Positions 1-12,609 of a stretch of DNA of 64,000 nucleotides are shown here, piece after piece. Origin of the DNA: Octopus sinensis. Taxonomy: Eukaryota. Under the pieces are notes generated by a model. That model was not told the origin of the DNA, made no database searches, and worked only from the letters and a program-made list of their open reading frames with translations. Location of the stretch: the NCBI RefSeq assembly GCF_006345805.1, contig NC_043013.1, positions 28,954,001-29,018,000 of the forward strand, read 5' to 3'. Made by a program: the position numbers and the translations under genes. The first letter of the stretch is position 1. Each line of letters opens with the position of its first letter.

Positions 1-205
1 TTCCCAGTTTCTGTGGTGTGTATATATTTACCCCTGGATGGGATGCCAGTGTTTCACAGGGTTACTTGCTTTTGCCAGCTGAGTGGACTGTAGCAATGTG
101 AAATGATGTGTTTTGCTCAAGAACACAATGTGTTGCCCTATCCAAGAATTGAAACCACAATCTTATGATTCGTGAGTCTAACACCTTAACCACTATGTCA
201 CATGC
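1..205 (-). mobile_element. tRNA-derived SINE with V-domain-like segment (partial, window edge)
   Basis: Reverse complement of the family seen on + at 57308-57558: tRNA-like head, then gttcttgagcaaaacac, then actggcatcccatccagggg. Confidence 0.65.
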
Positions 206-605
206 CATTGGAAGAATAACATGCAATTCTGTTCAGTAAAGAAAATGGTTGGAGGCCTTAGGAACACTGATGACCCCAATCTACTCTCAAACATGGAACA
301 AACAAAATAGGTTGCTCCTGTCCCATACTTAGGACCCCAACATTTTAATGTAAAGTGATTTCCTCTGAGAAATGCATTTTATTTGCTGTGCTTGGAGAAA
401 GTGACTGTGCTCATGGCCTTTTTATGTACTCTGACACCAGTGAGATTAATACTGTTCTGTTTAACCATTTTGAAGCAAATCTGCCTGAGACTATCTCTGG
501 TCCTATGATACAAACTTCCTGTTCTAAAGTAATCTAGATTAAAACAGTCCTTCCAAATTTCATGTGAACATCAGCTTAATGATGACAAACACAAGCTTAA
601 TGAAA

Positions 606-1047
606 CTCTTTACTCTTTTTTTACTCTTTTACTTGTTTCAGTCATTTGACTGCGGCCATGCTGGAGCACCAACTTTGGTCAAGCAAATCGATCCCAGGAC
701 TTATTCTTTGTAAGCCTAGTACTTATTCTATTGGTCTCTTTTGCCGAGTTGCTAAGTTATGGGGATGTAAACACACCAGCATCGGTTGTCAAGCGATGCT
801 GGGGGGACAAACACAGATACACAACACACACACACACACACACAGACACACACACACACACACACACACTCACACACATATACTTATATATGATGGACTT
901 CTTTCAGTTTCTGTCTACCAAATCCACTCACAAGGCTTTGGTTGGCCCGAGTAGAAGACACTTGCTCAAGGTGTCACGCAGTGGGACTGAACCTGGAACC
1001 ATGTGGTTTGTAAGCAAGCTACTTACCACACAGCCACTCCTACGCCT
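606..1047 (-). mobile_element. tRNA-derived CORE-like SINE (family S1) with internal (CA)n/(TA)n microsatellite
   Basis: On minus: A-box-like GTGGCTGTGTGG, B-box-like GGTTCAGTCCC, CORE-like ccttgagcaagtgtctt, tail agtaaaagagtaaa. More than 12 homologous copies in the window. Confidence 0.85.
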
Positions 1048-1563
1048 ATGATGACAAAATTATTTTAACATTCTTCCTTATTTTCAGAATAAATAGAAAA
1101 CAGAGGGAGTGTATTTCAACAGAAATATGGTAAGAAAAGGGTTAAAGTGTTGCAAGTTGACCTCTGCAGGGAAGACATGACTAATGAAAGATTGCAGAGG
1201 GATGATTTTTTTGGGAAGGAAGTAAGGCCTGGTTACAATGGTTAGTTTTGATCTGGTGGCTGGACGTGACAATGGTGATGAGAAGTGGAATGATGAGTAG
1301 GTTGGGAGTACCTAAGTGGAAAAGGTACAAGCCAAACCAGCATCAAAGAATGAAAGCTTTTATAATAACAAAAGAAAAGGCGGAGAGAGAGAGAGAGAGA
1401 AGCAACAGCAATCTTGTGGGTCAGAAGCTGGAAGATGTCTGTGTCTGATGTAATAACAATCAGAGATATGGTCCATCTGCAGATGTACATCAGCAGCAGC
1501 AGCAGCTTCCTAAACGTGTAAGCAGATCTTCATATTGTGTCTAACTTGACCTTTGTAGAATAC

Positions 1564-3018
1564 CTATTTCTTTACTACCCACAAGGGGCTAAACACAGAG
1601 AGGACAAACAAGGACAGACAAACGGATGAAGTCGATTATATCGACCCCAGTGCATAACTGGTACTTATTTAATCGACCCCGAAAGGATGAAAGGCAAAGT
1701 CGACCTCGCCGGAATTTGAACTCAGACAGTTCGGCAGACGAAATACCTATTTCTTTACTACCCACACAGAGAGGACAAACAAGGACAGACAAACGGATTA
1801 AGTCGATTATATTGATCCCAGTGCGTAACTGATACTTATTTAATCGACCCCGAAAAGATGAAAGGCAAAGTCGACCTCGCCAGAATTTTAACTCAGACAG
1901 TTCGGCAGACGAAATACCTATTTCTTTACTATCCACAAGGGGCTAAAAACTGAAGGGACAAACAAGGACAGACAAACGGATGAAGTCGATTATATCGACC
2001 CCAGTGCGTAACTGGTACTTATTTAATCGACCCTGAAAGGATGAAAGGCAAAGTCGACCTCGCCAGAATTTTAACTCAGACAGTTCGGCAGACGAAATAC
2101 CTATTTCTTTACTACCCACAAGGGGCTAAACACAGAGAGGACAAACGGATTAAGTCGATTATATCGACCCCAGTGCATAACTGGTACTTATTTAATCGAC
2201 CCCGAAAGGATGAAAGGCAAAGTCGACCTCGCCAGAATTTTAACTCAGACAGTTCGGCAGACGAAATACCTATTTCTTTACTACCCACAAGGGGCTAAAC
2301 ACAGAGAGGACAAACAAGGACAGACAAACGGATGAAGTCGATTATATCGACCCCAGTGCATAACTGGTACTTATTTAATCGACCCCGAAAGGATGAAGGC
2401 AAAGTCGACCTCGCCGGAATTTGAACTCAGACAGTTCGGCAGACGAAATACCTATTTCTTTACTACCCACACAGAGAGGACAACAAGGACAGACAAACGG
2501 ATTAAGTCGATTATATTGATCCCAGTGCGTAACTGATACTTATTTAATCGACCCCGAAAAGATGAAAGGCAAAGTCGACCTCGCCAGAATTTTAACTCAG
2601 ACAGTTCGGCAGACGAAATACCTATTTCTTTACTATCCACAAGGGGCTAAAAACTGAAGGGACAAACAAGGACAGACAAACGGATGAAGTCGATTATATC
2701 GACCCCAGTGCGTAACTGGTACTTATTTAATCGACCCTGAAAGGATGAAAGGCAAAGTCGACCTCGCCAGAATTTTAACTCAGACAGTTCGGCAGACGAA
2801 ATACCTATTTCTTTACTACCCACAAGGGGCTAAACACAGAGAGGACAAACGGATTAAGTCGATTATATCGACCCCAGTGCGTAACTGGTACTTATTTAAT
2901 CGACCCCGAAAGGATGAAAGGCAAAGTCGACCTCGCCGGAATTTGAACTCAGACAGTTTGGCAGACGAAATACCGCTAAGCATTTCGCCCGGTGTGCTAA
3001 CGTTTCTGCCATCTCGCC
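1564..3018 (-). mobile_element. Tandem array of 8 copies of a tRNA-derived SINE (family S2), one complete head, flanked by one 18-bp TSD
   Basis: Units start at 1564, 1747, 1918, 2101, 2270, 2452, 2622 and 2805. TTGACCTTTGTAGAATAC occurs at 1546-1563 and 3019-3036. A monomer of the family is at 62249-62480. Confidence 0.92.
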
Positions 3019-3522
3019 TTGACCTTTGTAGAATACCAGCAGTTATTGGGGATGAAATATGCCCTGGCCCTAAAGAGTAGGGCTAGTCTCTAGGATGCAG
3101 CTCTAGCTATGTTAAGAATGTGCTTTTGCTAGGAGAGGTCCTGTATGAAGGTGAGGCCTAGTATTTGGAGTGACTGCAAGGGTTCTAGCTGTGTACTGAT
3201 CAGTGTTTAGGGGTGGCACAATGATGTATTCTTTATGTGAATTGTGTTAAAAGAAATGAGGATGCAGTCCTCATTTGTCGTTTTCTTGTTCGTATGTCAA
3301 TGACAGCTGCACCAAAATGAAGAAATATAATAATTTCAAGTGGAAGACATGTGTTTGTCTTTCAAAAGCACACAACTCAGCATAGTTTGTATTCAGAATG
3401 TAAACCTGGAAGAAATGCCATTGAGCATTTGGTCCTATGCATTAATGGTTCTGCCAGCTCACCTTCTTAAGAAGAAGAAGAAGGACGAGGAGGAGAAGAA
3501 GAAGAAGAACATCACCACCACC

Positions 3523-3553
<31 letters not shown>

Positions 3554-3576
3554 GCAGCAGCAGCAGCAGCAGCAGT

Positions 3577-3929
3577 GGAGGCGCAATGGCCCAGTGGTTA
3601 GGGTAGTGGATTCACAGTTGGAGGACGCGGTTTCGATTCCCAGACCGAGTTTTGTGTGTGTTTATTGAGCGAAAACACCTAAAACTCCACGAGGCTCCGG
3701 CAGGGGGTGGTGGCGACCCCTGTTGCACTCTTTCGCTCCAACTTTCTCTCACTCTTCCTGTTTCTTGTCCCTGACTTCCTATACAACCGCTGAGCCTGGA
3801 TGCGCATTCATCCATCCGTCGATGCTCTCAGTGTCGGGGGTTGACCTGCTTTCTCTTCTGCGGGTCTTATGAATAGCAAAGGACCATGTTTCAGACTTTT
3901 CCCACTAATGGGACGACTACTGCTTCGTT

Positions 3930-3930
<1 letters not shown>
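3577..3930 (+). mobile_element. tRNA-derived SINE (family S3)
   Basis: Head ggaggcgcaatggcccagtggttaggg...ggtttcgattccc with A- and B-box-like motifs, followed by a non-tRNA body; sits between triplet repeats. Confidence 0.7.
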
Positions 3931-3964
<34 letters not shown>

Positions 3965-4130
3965 AGCCTCTCTGATCCTCTCTGATATAAGCACGAAATA
4001 AGGCCTGAAATTTTGGAGTACATCAACCCCTGTACTCGACTGATACTTATTTTATCAATCTCCTGAAAACGAAAGGCTAAGTCTACCTCAATGGAATTTT
4101 GAATTCAATACGTAAGGATGGAAGAAATGT

Positions 4131-4166
<36 letters not shown>

Positions 4167-5235
4167 TAATAATGATTCTTTTACATTTTGGTACAAAGCC
4201 AGTAAATTTAAGGGAAAGGGGTTAGTTGGTTACATTGACACTAGTATTTGGCTGGTACTTATTTTATGGACCCCAAAATAATTAAAGGCAAAGCTGAAAG
4301 TTAAGGAAAGACAATTATCTTTGCTTCCAACCCACTCTGATGCCAGGCTACTGTAACATTCCTTCAAATGGTTTTTTTGGATTGATTCCTATTTCTGAGA
4401 ATTAGATAATTCAGGGTTATGTAGAATAGAATGTTCTCCCTCTATCAACTTTCAACACCCAACATAAAACCACCTCTCCTCTCTCAAATTCTCTCCTCCT
4501 CACTTCGTAGAAGGAGCTTTATCCTTTCCCTTTTCTTTTTTTCCTTGTTCTTTCTCTGGCTTGCAAGTTACACAGCAACCCCATTAGTACTGGTGCTATG
4601 AAAAAAAAGCACACAGTACACATTGTAATGTGGTTGGTGTCAGGAAGGGTATCCAGCTGTAGAAGCCATGCCAAAGTCGGCTCTAGAACTTGGCACAAGC
4701 CTGCAGCTTGCCAGATTCTGTAAAATTGTCCAATACATGTCAGCATGGAGAAAATGGTCATTAGATGATGATGACAATGATGACTCCCCTGCCACTACTG
4801 ACGCCTCTGCCTAGTTTACAATTATGTCCATTTATTGCTGAGTGAAGTCTGTGACCTGCTTTTGATTCTCAGATGTGGACATTTGATTTTACTCCTGCCA
4901 ATAATTCCTCTTTTACAAAATAAAATATATCAGCATCACAGAATCTCTCTTGCACGTTCATGCCTTGCACATCAGAAACCTAATTGAGAGAGCATTGATT
5001 TCTTAATGGCAAGCGGTAGGTTTAACGTGCGCGTGTGCATGTATATGTATGTATGTGCATGCATGTGTGTGTATGTGCATGCTTAATGATGCATATGTGT
5101 TTCAATGCATACATATATATGTGTGTGTGTGTGTGCATTTGAAAGTATGTGTATATTTCTGGTTGTGTTTGTAGAGTAAAAATATTACAAGATGTCTATA
5201 ACACAATGTGTGCATGTGCCTGAATATACATATAT

Positions 5236-5378
5236 CATCATCATCATCATCATCGTTTAACGTCCGTTTTCTGTGCTAGCACAGGTTGGATGGTTCAAGC
5301 GGGGTCTGGGAAGCCAGGAGTCTGCACCAGGCTCCAGTCTGATCTGGCAGTGTTTCTGCAGCTGGATGTCCTAACGCC
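5236..5378 (-). mobile_element. 5'-truncated RTE-like LINE 3' end, flanked by TA-rich simple repeats
   Basis: (CAT)n tail on +, then gtttaacgtccgttttctgtgctagc...gctggatgtcctaacgcc. Homologous to many copies in the window. Confidence 0.7.
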
Positions 5379-5410
<32 letters not shown>

Positions 5411-5814
5411 TGTATATATATATGTATGCATGTATGTATGTGGGTATATTGGATTTGGTTGATTTCTGAAGCTGTCAGTTGATCAAAAGTATATATAGGA
5501 TAGATGTAGACTTCTGCAAACTGCAATGAAGCCAGCCTCTCTAGGAGAGCCATAACTCTGAATAAAACCCGATACAGTAGAGAGGAAACTCTAATCCTGA
5601 CAGAAGATCTCTTTAGTGCTGGTGGCAACATAAAACACTCCCAGTTCATATTGTGAAGTGGTTGGTCATAGGAATGGCTTCCAACTTTTAAACAACACTA
5701 AATTTGTGCAATGCTTCAATTCATTAATAAACCCTAATTGCATATATAGAATTATAAATGATGCAACAAGTGGGAGGATGCTGTGTTGGAGAAGACCGAT
5801 CCAAGACATTCAAG

Positions 5815-6380
5815 CTTCTTTTATCTTTTACATGTTTCAGTCATTGGACTGCAGCCAAGCTGGGGCACCACCTTGAAAGGTTTTAGTCAAACAGATTGCC
5901 TCTGATACTTATATTTTTTTAAAGCTCAGTTACCTATTCCATTAGTTTCTTTGGCTGAACCTTAAAGCTATAAAGATGTAAAAAAACCAACACCAGTTGT
6001 CCAACAGGGGTGAGGGATAAACACAAATACAAAGACACATACTCATAGATATATCCAGGCTTCTTTCAGTTTCCATCTACCAAATCCACTCACAAGGATT
6101 TGGTCAACTTGATGCTATAGTGCCATGCAGTGGGACTGAATCCAAAAGTATGTGGTTTGGATGCAAACATCTTATTTCTTTACTGCCCACAAGGGCCACA
6201 CAGAGGGGACAAACAAGGACATTTAATCAACCCCGAAAGGATGAAAGGCAAATTTGACCTCAGCGGAATTTGAACTCAGAACGTAGCAGCAGATGAAATA
6301 CCGCTAAGAATTTCGCCCAACGTGCTAAAGCTTCTGCCAGCTTGCTGCCTTGATGCAAACATCTTACCCACACAGCCATG
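5815..6380 (-). mobile_element. S1 SINE interrupted by an S2 SINE (6174-6351)
   Basis: S1 homology on both sides of the insert; TSD GATGCAAACATCTT at 6160-6173 and 6352-6365. Confidence 0.8.
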
Positions 6381-6789
6381 TCTGGAAAGACAGACATAAG
6401 ATGATGATCTTTTCATGTTTTCCTTGTGCTTCTTCATATTTGTGCTAATCCTCCACCAACCAGTGTTTGTTTATGTCTCTGTAACTTAGAAGTTCAGCAA
6501 AAGAAACTGATAAAATATGTTCCCAGCTTAAAAAATTAGAACTGGGGTCAATTTGTTCTACTGAAACCCTTCCAAGGCAGTGCTCTAGCATGATCACAGT
6601 GTAATGACGGAAACAAAAGATAAAAGATAGTAATTTGAGGGATATTTGGCTGTTATGTGTAGCAAGTCAAGAGAATATGTGGAACAGGAGTCAGCAATTT
6701 CTTTATATAATGGCCCACTTTCAATTTTTTTTTTGCTATGGTCCATCCATCCATCCATCTCTACACACATACATGTAAAAAGAAATGGT

Positions 6790-7010
6790 ACCACATAAAA
6801 AGTACTCTGATGCTATGTAAAAAGCACCCAGAACGCTCTGTAAAGTGGTTAGCATCAGGAAGGGCATCAAGCCCTAGAAACCAGGCCAAAACAAACGACT
6901 GGAGCCTGGTGCAACCAACCAACTTGCCAACTCCTGTCAAACCATCCGACCCATGCCAGCATGGAAAACAGATGTTAAATGATGACAACAAGAATGATGA
7001 TGATGATCTT
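6790..7010 (+). mobile_element. RTE-like LINE 3' end
   Basis: ggttagcatcaggaagggcatc...ccatgccagcatggaaaacagatgttaaatgatga, ending in a (GAT)n-like tail. Confidence 0.65.
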
Positions 7011-8253
7011 ACTTTTAAAATTATTTCTTATATCCTCATCCCATTTCCATCACTGGTAATGCATCATTATCGTCGTCGTCATCGTCGTCATCATCATCAT
7101 CATGATCGTCATCATCATCGTCATCATCAACATCATCATCATCATGATCGTCATCATCATCACTTATTATGCATATTCTATGCTGGCATAGGTTGGACGA
7201 TTCAGCTGGATCCAATGTGTCCAAAGACTGCATGAAACTCCAATGCCTCTCTCTGCTTTGCCATGATAGTTTCTATGGCTGAATGCCCTTCCTAACAGCA
7301 TGGACTGGGTGCTTGTTTTCTGTTCCACTACCAAAACTGAAGTTGCCATGCAATTCACAGGACTATGAACCCTGAGGAAGGTGAGGTGGGGCAACAGTTT
7401 CATGTTAAGGGACGAGGGGATTGCTATAAGGGGATTTGTATGGCTACTCACTGTAGAAGGATCTGCATTGCTACACACACACACATATAGGAGAAAGGGT
7501 GAAAGAGAAAGAAAAAAATATGATCAAGTAAAAATCAAATTGTGACACTAAAGACTACCTGGGAATCAACTTCTCAGTGACATTAAATTTGAAAAGATTT
7601 TTAGACAAGGTTTGTGAACATGACAGTTGTCCACTTGTGAAGCATGGTCACTTGTTGCCAATCCCTGGCATAGAGACTCCATTTTGATTCATGTCTTCCT
7701 ATTTTAAAATTAGAAATGTTTCATGAAGGAGATTTATAGTGAACAGGTAGAGTGGTTGCATAGGAACCCCTTTATTTGCTAATGTGATCCCCTGTTTTAT
7801 AGATAGTATGCTGGTCTGACAAAGATTTGGTTGCTATTTTCAACGATTCAAAAACTGTGTAGTTAGCTCCCTTGTTATTTTGCGGTCCCTTTTTTTAAAG
7901 CCAGTACTTAAATTTGATGGGAGGTTTCGGTGGTTACATCAAGCAGTTTGAAAGTCTAGCTTCTATGCTATTTTTATGAACAGTATTTTAACAAAAAAAA
8001 AAATTTAATTGTTACACCAGATAGGTTAAGAGCCTACCCAGGACACTCCCATACTATTCTATAGCGCCTACTTCAAAGACAATATGGTTTGACAAAGGAA
8101 TTTTGGCTACTTCGAAGAACAGACTGAGCAATTACATAGAATATCAGACAAATAAACAAACACTTCCTTTTGATGGTTCGCTCCCGACCCTTGTTGAAAG
8201 CAGCAGAGAGATCGCTTTTTGGACGATTCCAGCTGATATATTTCACCTGTTAG

Positions 8254-8322
8254 AATCGATTACTTAAAAGAGCTCCTTCTTCGGCTTAGCTGTAATATTT
8301 AGCTGTCGTTAGAGGTGCCAGG
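8254..8322 (+). other. Candidate exon (5' UTR or coding) with strong donor
   Basis: Acceptor tttcacctgttag, donor CAG|GTAAGA, 69 nt, one open frame (IDYLKELLLRLSCNILAVVRGA). No homology recognised. Confidence 0.2.
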
Positions 8323-8403
8323 TAAGAGGCTATCGTAAATAGCCAACCGTACCGTTAAAGGTTAATATGTTATAGTACATCAACCGTAGCGGTTGCAATG
8401 TTA

Positions 8404-8406
<3 letters not shown>

Positions 8407-8455
<49 letters not shown>

Positions 8456-8482
8456 TGTGTTTGTGTGTGTGTGTGTGTGTGT
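8407..8482. repeat. (GA)n-(GT)n compound microsatellite
   Basis: Direct reading of sequence. Confidence 0.95.
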
Positions 8483-9169
8483 GACAGTATCAACAGTTCC
8501 GATGACATGCAACAACACCCGATAGTTGGTTCCTGCTACCGTTTTCAGAGCTATTGCCTGTTAATAATACAACTGTTGCAGAAAAATAATGGTGTAGGCC
8601 TGAGTCAGATGCGATTGGATACTGCATCAGTAACTATACCAGTAGTAGTAGCAGCAGCAGTAGTGGAAATAAAATACTAATAGTGGTATTAGTAAGGTAA
8701 AGTACGAAAGAAGACAGCTGGCAAGGTTCTTTTTTTTTTCCTTCTCATTGTGCAGTAAGGCTGCCAGCAATGGAGAGGCGCATGACAAAACAGTTGCAGT
8801 GGAAATATCAGAACTAATAGCGAATAATAATACATTCGCTCAGTAGTAGTAGTAGTAGTAATAATAGTAGCGATAATACTATCAATAATAGTCATATCTA
8901 CAAAAAGTAGTAGTGGTAGTAATGTTATAACAATGGTATGTACTACTACTACTACACGTGTATACATCCCCAACGGCTACTCCTATGTATTACAATTTCG
9001 GCTAGTAGTAGCAGTAGCAGTAGTAGTAGTAGTAGCAGCAGTAGTTGTAGTAGGTGTTGATAATATGAAGCACTACAAACAGCTGTGTGACTAGTTGTTG
9101 TTTAACCCCGGGTCAGTCCTGACAGTGGATCAACGGTGTTCCAACCTGAACTATCCTTTATATATATAT

Positions 9170-9243
<74 letters not shown>

Positions 9244-9904
9244 ACTTTTATTTTCAGGCATAGTACATCAGGGATTACATTATCCAATGTGTCCTTAATA
9301 TGTTTAAGGCAGCAGGATGATTTTAGGAGAGGGAAGTTTTCCCCCTATTTCCAACAAGTCAAATGACCACATAAAGGCTACCTCGTTGGAAGTGGTATAG
9401 AATGTACTACTACTACTACTACTAGACTACTACTACTACTAGTAGTAGTAGTAACAGCAGCACTATAAGTACTTGCTGTTATAGTGTTACTTTAATTAAC
9501 AGCAGCAGTAGTAACCGAAGAGAGAGCTTTTACATGGTAGCTCGACCTGCTAGAAACAACAGCTAGATTCCCTCGCATCAAACCTTGCCGTTCTGTAAAA
9601 AGAAGGACACATTATACAATGTAGCTCTACATTTATACGTTAGGGGACAGTCACGGTTGGATCATAATTCTACTTAATTAGTACAGACCTGTGGCAAAAA
9701 AATTGTAGTAGTAGTAGTAGTGGCTGTAACAAGTAACGGTCAGAAGTAATATTACAGTAGTGGTAGTATTAATAATAATACTACTAATAGATATAGTAAC
9801 AATAGTAGTAGTAGTAGTGATATCCCTTTTACTCACCCATTTACTACCCAGGCTCTGAAACTATTACCAACATCAAGTACCACTAACCATTTCTATCATC
9901 TCGG

Positions 9905-10470
9905 CCACCACCACCACCACCACCACCACCACTACCACCGCCATCATCATCATCATCACTACTGTCATTATCATTACTTTCACCACCATCAATATCATCA
10001 TCACCATCACTATCATCAACTCTACCACAAGCTCCACCACCACCACCACTACCACTACCATCGCTACCGTCATCATCTTCATCACTTCCACCACGACCAC
10101 CATCATCCCCACCGCCACCATCACCAATAACACCATAATCGCTACCACCATCATCATCATCATCATCACTTCCACCACGACCACCATCACCACTACCACC
10201 ATCATCGCTACCATCATCATCATCATCATCTTCATCACTTCCACCACGACCACCATCATCCCCACCGCCACCATCACTACCACCATCATCGCTACCATCA
10301 TCATCATCATCATCATCTTCATCACTTCCACCACAACCACCATCATCCCCACCGCCACCATCACTACCACCATCATCGCTACCATCATCATCATCATCAT
10401 CAACATCACTTCCACTCCACCACGACGACGACCATCACCACCACCACCACCATCACCACTACCACTACCA
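9905..10470. repeat. CAC/CAT triplet-derived minisatellite, unit up to 87 bp, about 5 copies
   Basis: The motif catcacttccac recurs near 10080, 10165, 10233, 10320 and 10405. Confidence 0.85.
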
Positions 10471-10520
10471 CGGGTAATCGATTCGCTCCGGACGACATAT
10501 TCCGTTGCAATACAAGAGTA

Positions 10521-10617
10521 ATGTCCCCTCGCAACGTGCTCTCCGCCATTTCTGTTTTGGTTGTTGCTACTAGCTTTGCTGCACTCCCATCTCGATGTAT
10601 ATATTATATACACCAAT
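10521..10617 (+). CDS. Candidate first coding exon encoding a signal-peptide-like N-terminus
   Basis: ATG at 10521 reads MSPRNVLSAISVLVVATSFAALPSRCIYYIHQ, then a phase-1 donor T|GTAAGT at 10618. No homology recognised. Confidence 0.22.
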
Positions 10618-10833
10618 GTAAGTGTGTGTGTTTACTAATAATATTTAGATGACTTATTTACCACAATCACGTTATGGGTGTTTACTTTTACTTTTACTGT
10701 TATCATTGTTGTTTTTTTATTCTCCTTTTGCAATTATAATCACTGTGTAACGTCTACGTTCTCTCTTTCGTCGTCGCCGTTTTTTCCTTTTTTTTTTTGA
10801 AATGTAAGCCTTTGGCCGCAACAAGCTGTTAGT

Positions 10834-11256
10834 ATGTATGCGTGTGTGTGTATATGTATGTCTATATATACATATTTGTGTGTATGTGTGCACGTATATA
10901 TATGTGTGTATATGTCTCTCTCTCTCTATATATACACATATGTGTGCGATTGTGTGTACATATATATATATGTGTGTGTGTATATATGTCTGTATATACA
11001 TATTTGTGTGTATGTGTGCACGTATATATATATGTGTGTGTATATGTCTATATATTTATATATATATACATATATGTGTGCGATTGTGTGTACATATATA
11101 TGTTTGTGTGTATTTGTGTATATATATACATATATGTGCGCGCACGATTGTATGTACATATATGTGTGTATATATGTCTATATATACATATATATATGCG
11201 ATTGTGTGTATATATATGTGTGTGTGAGTATAGATGTCTCTCTCTCTCTATGTATG

Positions 11257-11305
<49 letters not shown>

Positions 11306-11353
11306 ATATGGGTCCCGGAGTAGAGTCATTCATGCGTACACGGAAATATTGTG

Positions 11354-11390
<37 letters not shown>

Positions 11391-11400
11391 ATATATATAT
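10834..11400. repeat. Compound (TA/TG/TC) minisatellite with repeated higher-order blocks
   Basis: The blocks tgcgattgtgtgta and gtgcacgtatatata recur within the dinucleotide tracts. Confidence 0.85.
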
Positions 11401-11684
11401 ATACACACACACACACTTTAACATTTGTACAGACCTGGTTGATGATTAACTTCCTTCGTTACTACTCGGAGTTTCTTGCTCGTGGGCAATTATTGTCGTT
11501 TGAAGGATCACCGCAGCGAGGGAGCCGCGTCATATATATATATAATATATATATATATCAGCCGAAATTACTACGATGATCCGGTTTTTGACTGAAGACT
11601 GAGGGTTTCGAATGTCCTGTCCGTGTTTATTGTATCGTCTTCTAAGAGTTATACGTTCTTGTCCATGTTGTATTTTTCTACATA

Positions 11685-11722
<38 letters not shown>

Positions 11723-11907
11723 TTCTCTTTTCCCAATACCACACACATTTTCAGAACTATCATCAATACACACGCGAATATTTATATATCGTTGTACATA
11801 AATACAATTCATAAAGTACATATCCTGCGTACATTTTCAGAAATATGTATGTATATATATGTGTGTGTGTTTGTATTAAGAAGCAGGCATATTTGAATAA
11901 CGCATAT

Positions 11908-11965
<58 letters not shown>

Positions 11966-12092
11966 GATATGTGTGTGTTCAGCAGCAGGTGCTCTCAAAG
12001 AAATTTGGAGAGTATCTATTCGGAAATGGTTGGAGGGGGGTGGGGATGCTACGTATTGATAGCCAGTTTAAGAGTGTCCGCTGTTATTGTGG

Positions 12093-12280
12093 CTACATCT
12101 TTGATGATGATGGTGATGGTGATATTGTTGATGTTGGTGCAACTACTGTTGTTGGGATTCCATTAACTAGGTTAGTGGTGGCATTACATGTTTCCAGGGG
12201 GAACTGGGGAGAATTTGCCGATTGCTCTCTCTTTCGGTTCGGAATCTCTTCCTCTCTAAGTCTCTCTCCATTCGAATCCA
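12093..12280 (-). CDS. Candidate terminal coding exon, minus strand
   Basis: Acceptor tttctatgtatgtag| at 12281, phase 1, reads DSNGERLREEEIPNRKREQSANSPQFPLETCNATTNLVNGIPTTVVAPTSTISPSPSSSKM*. Low complexity, no homology recognised. Confidence 0.15.
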
Positions 12281-12317
12281 CTACATACATAGAAATGTAT
12301 TACACACACACACACAC

Positions 12318-12364
<47 letters not shown>

Positions 12365-12490
12365 CACACACATTCAACGTGCATACATCTATGTGTCACA
12401 TATACAAACACACCCTTACAGAGATCATTATTGGTGCTCGCACACCAAAACAATTCTGGTTCGCTCATGCATCAACTGATGCTGAAGTGG

Positions 12491-12525
<35 letters not shown>

Positions 12526-12549
12526 CATATGTGTGTGTGTGTATATATA

Positions 12550-12609
<60 letters not shown>

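Noticed and set aside
1589-3080. Repeated ORFs (MKGKVDLARILTQ..., MDSKEIGISSAEL...) as a gene family
   Set aside because: They are translations of the tandem SINE units.
9873-10616. 247-aa minus-strand Met/Val-rich ORF, the longest in the track
   Set aside because: It is the reverse reading of a CAT/CAC triplet repeat, open by construction, with no domain signal.
11575-11620. Fourth hammerhead-like motif (CTGAAGA...GAAT)
   Set aside because: No convincing stem II and the GAAA is broken.
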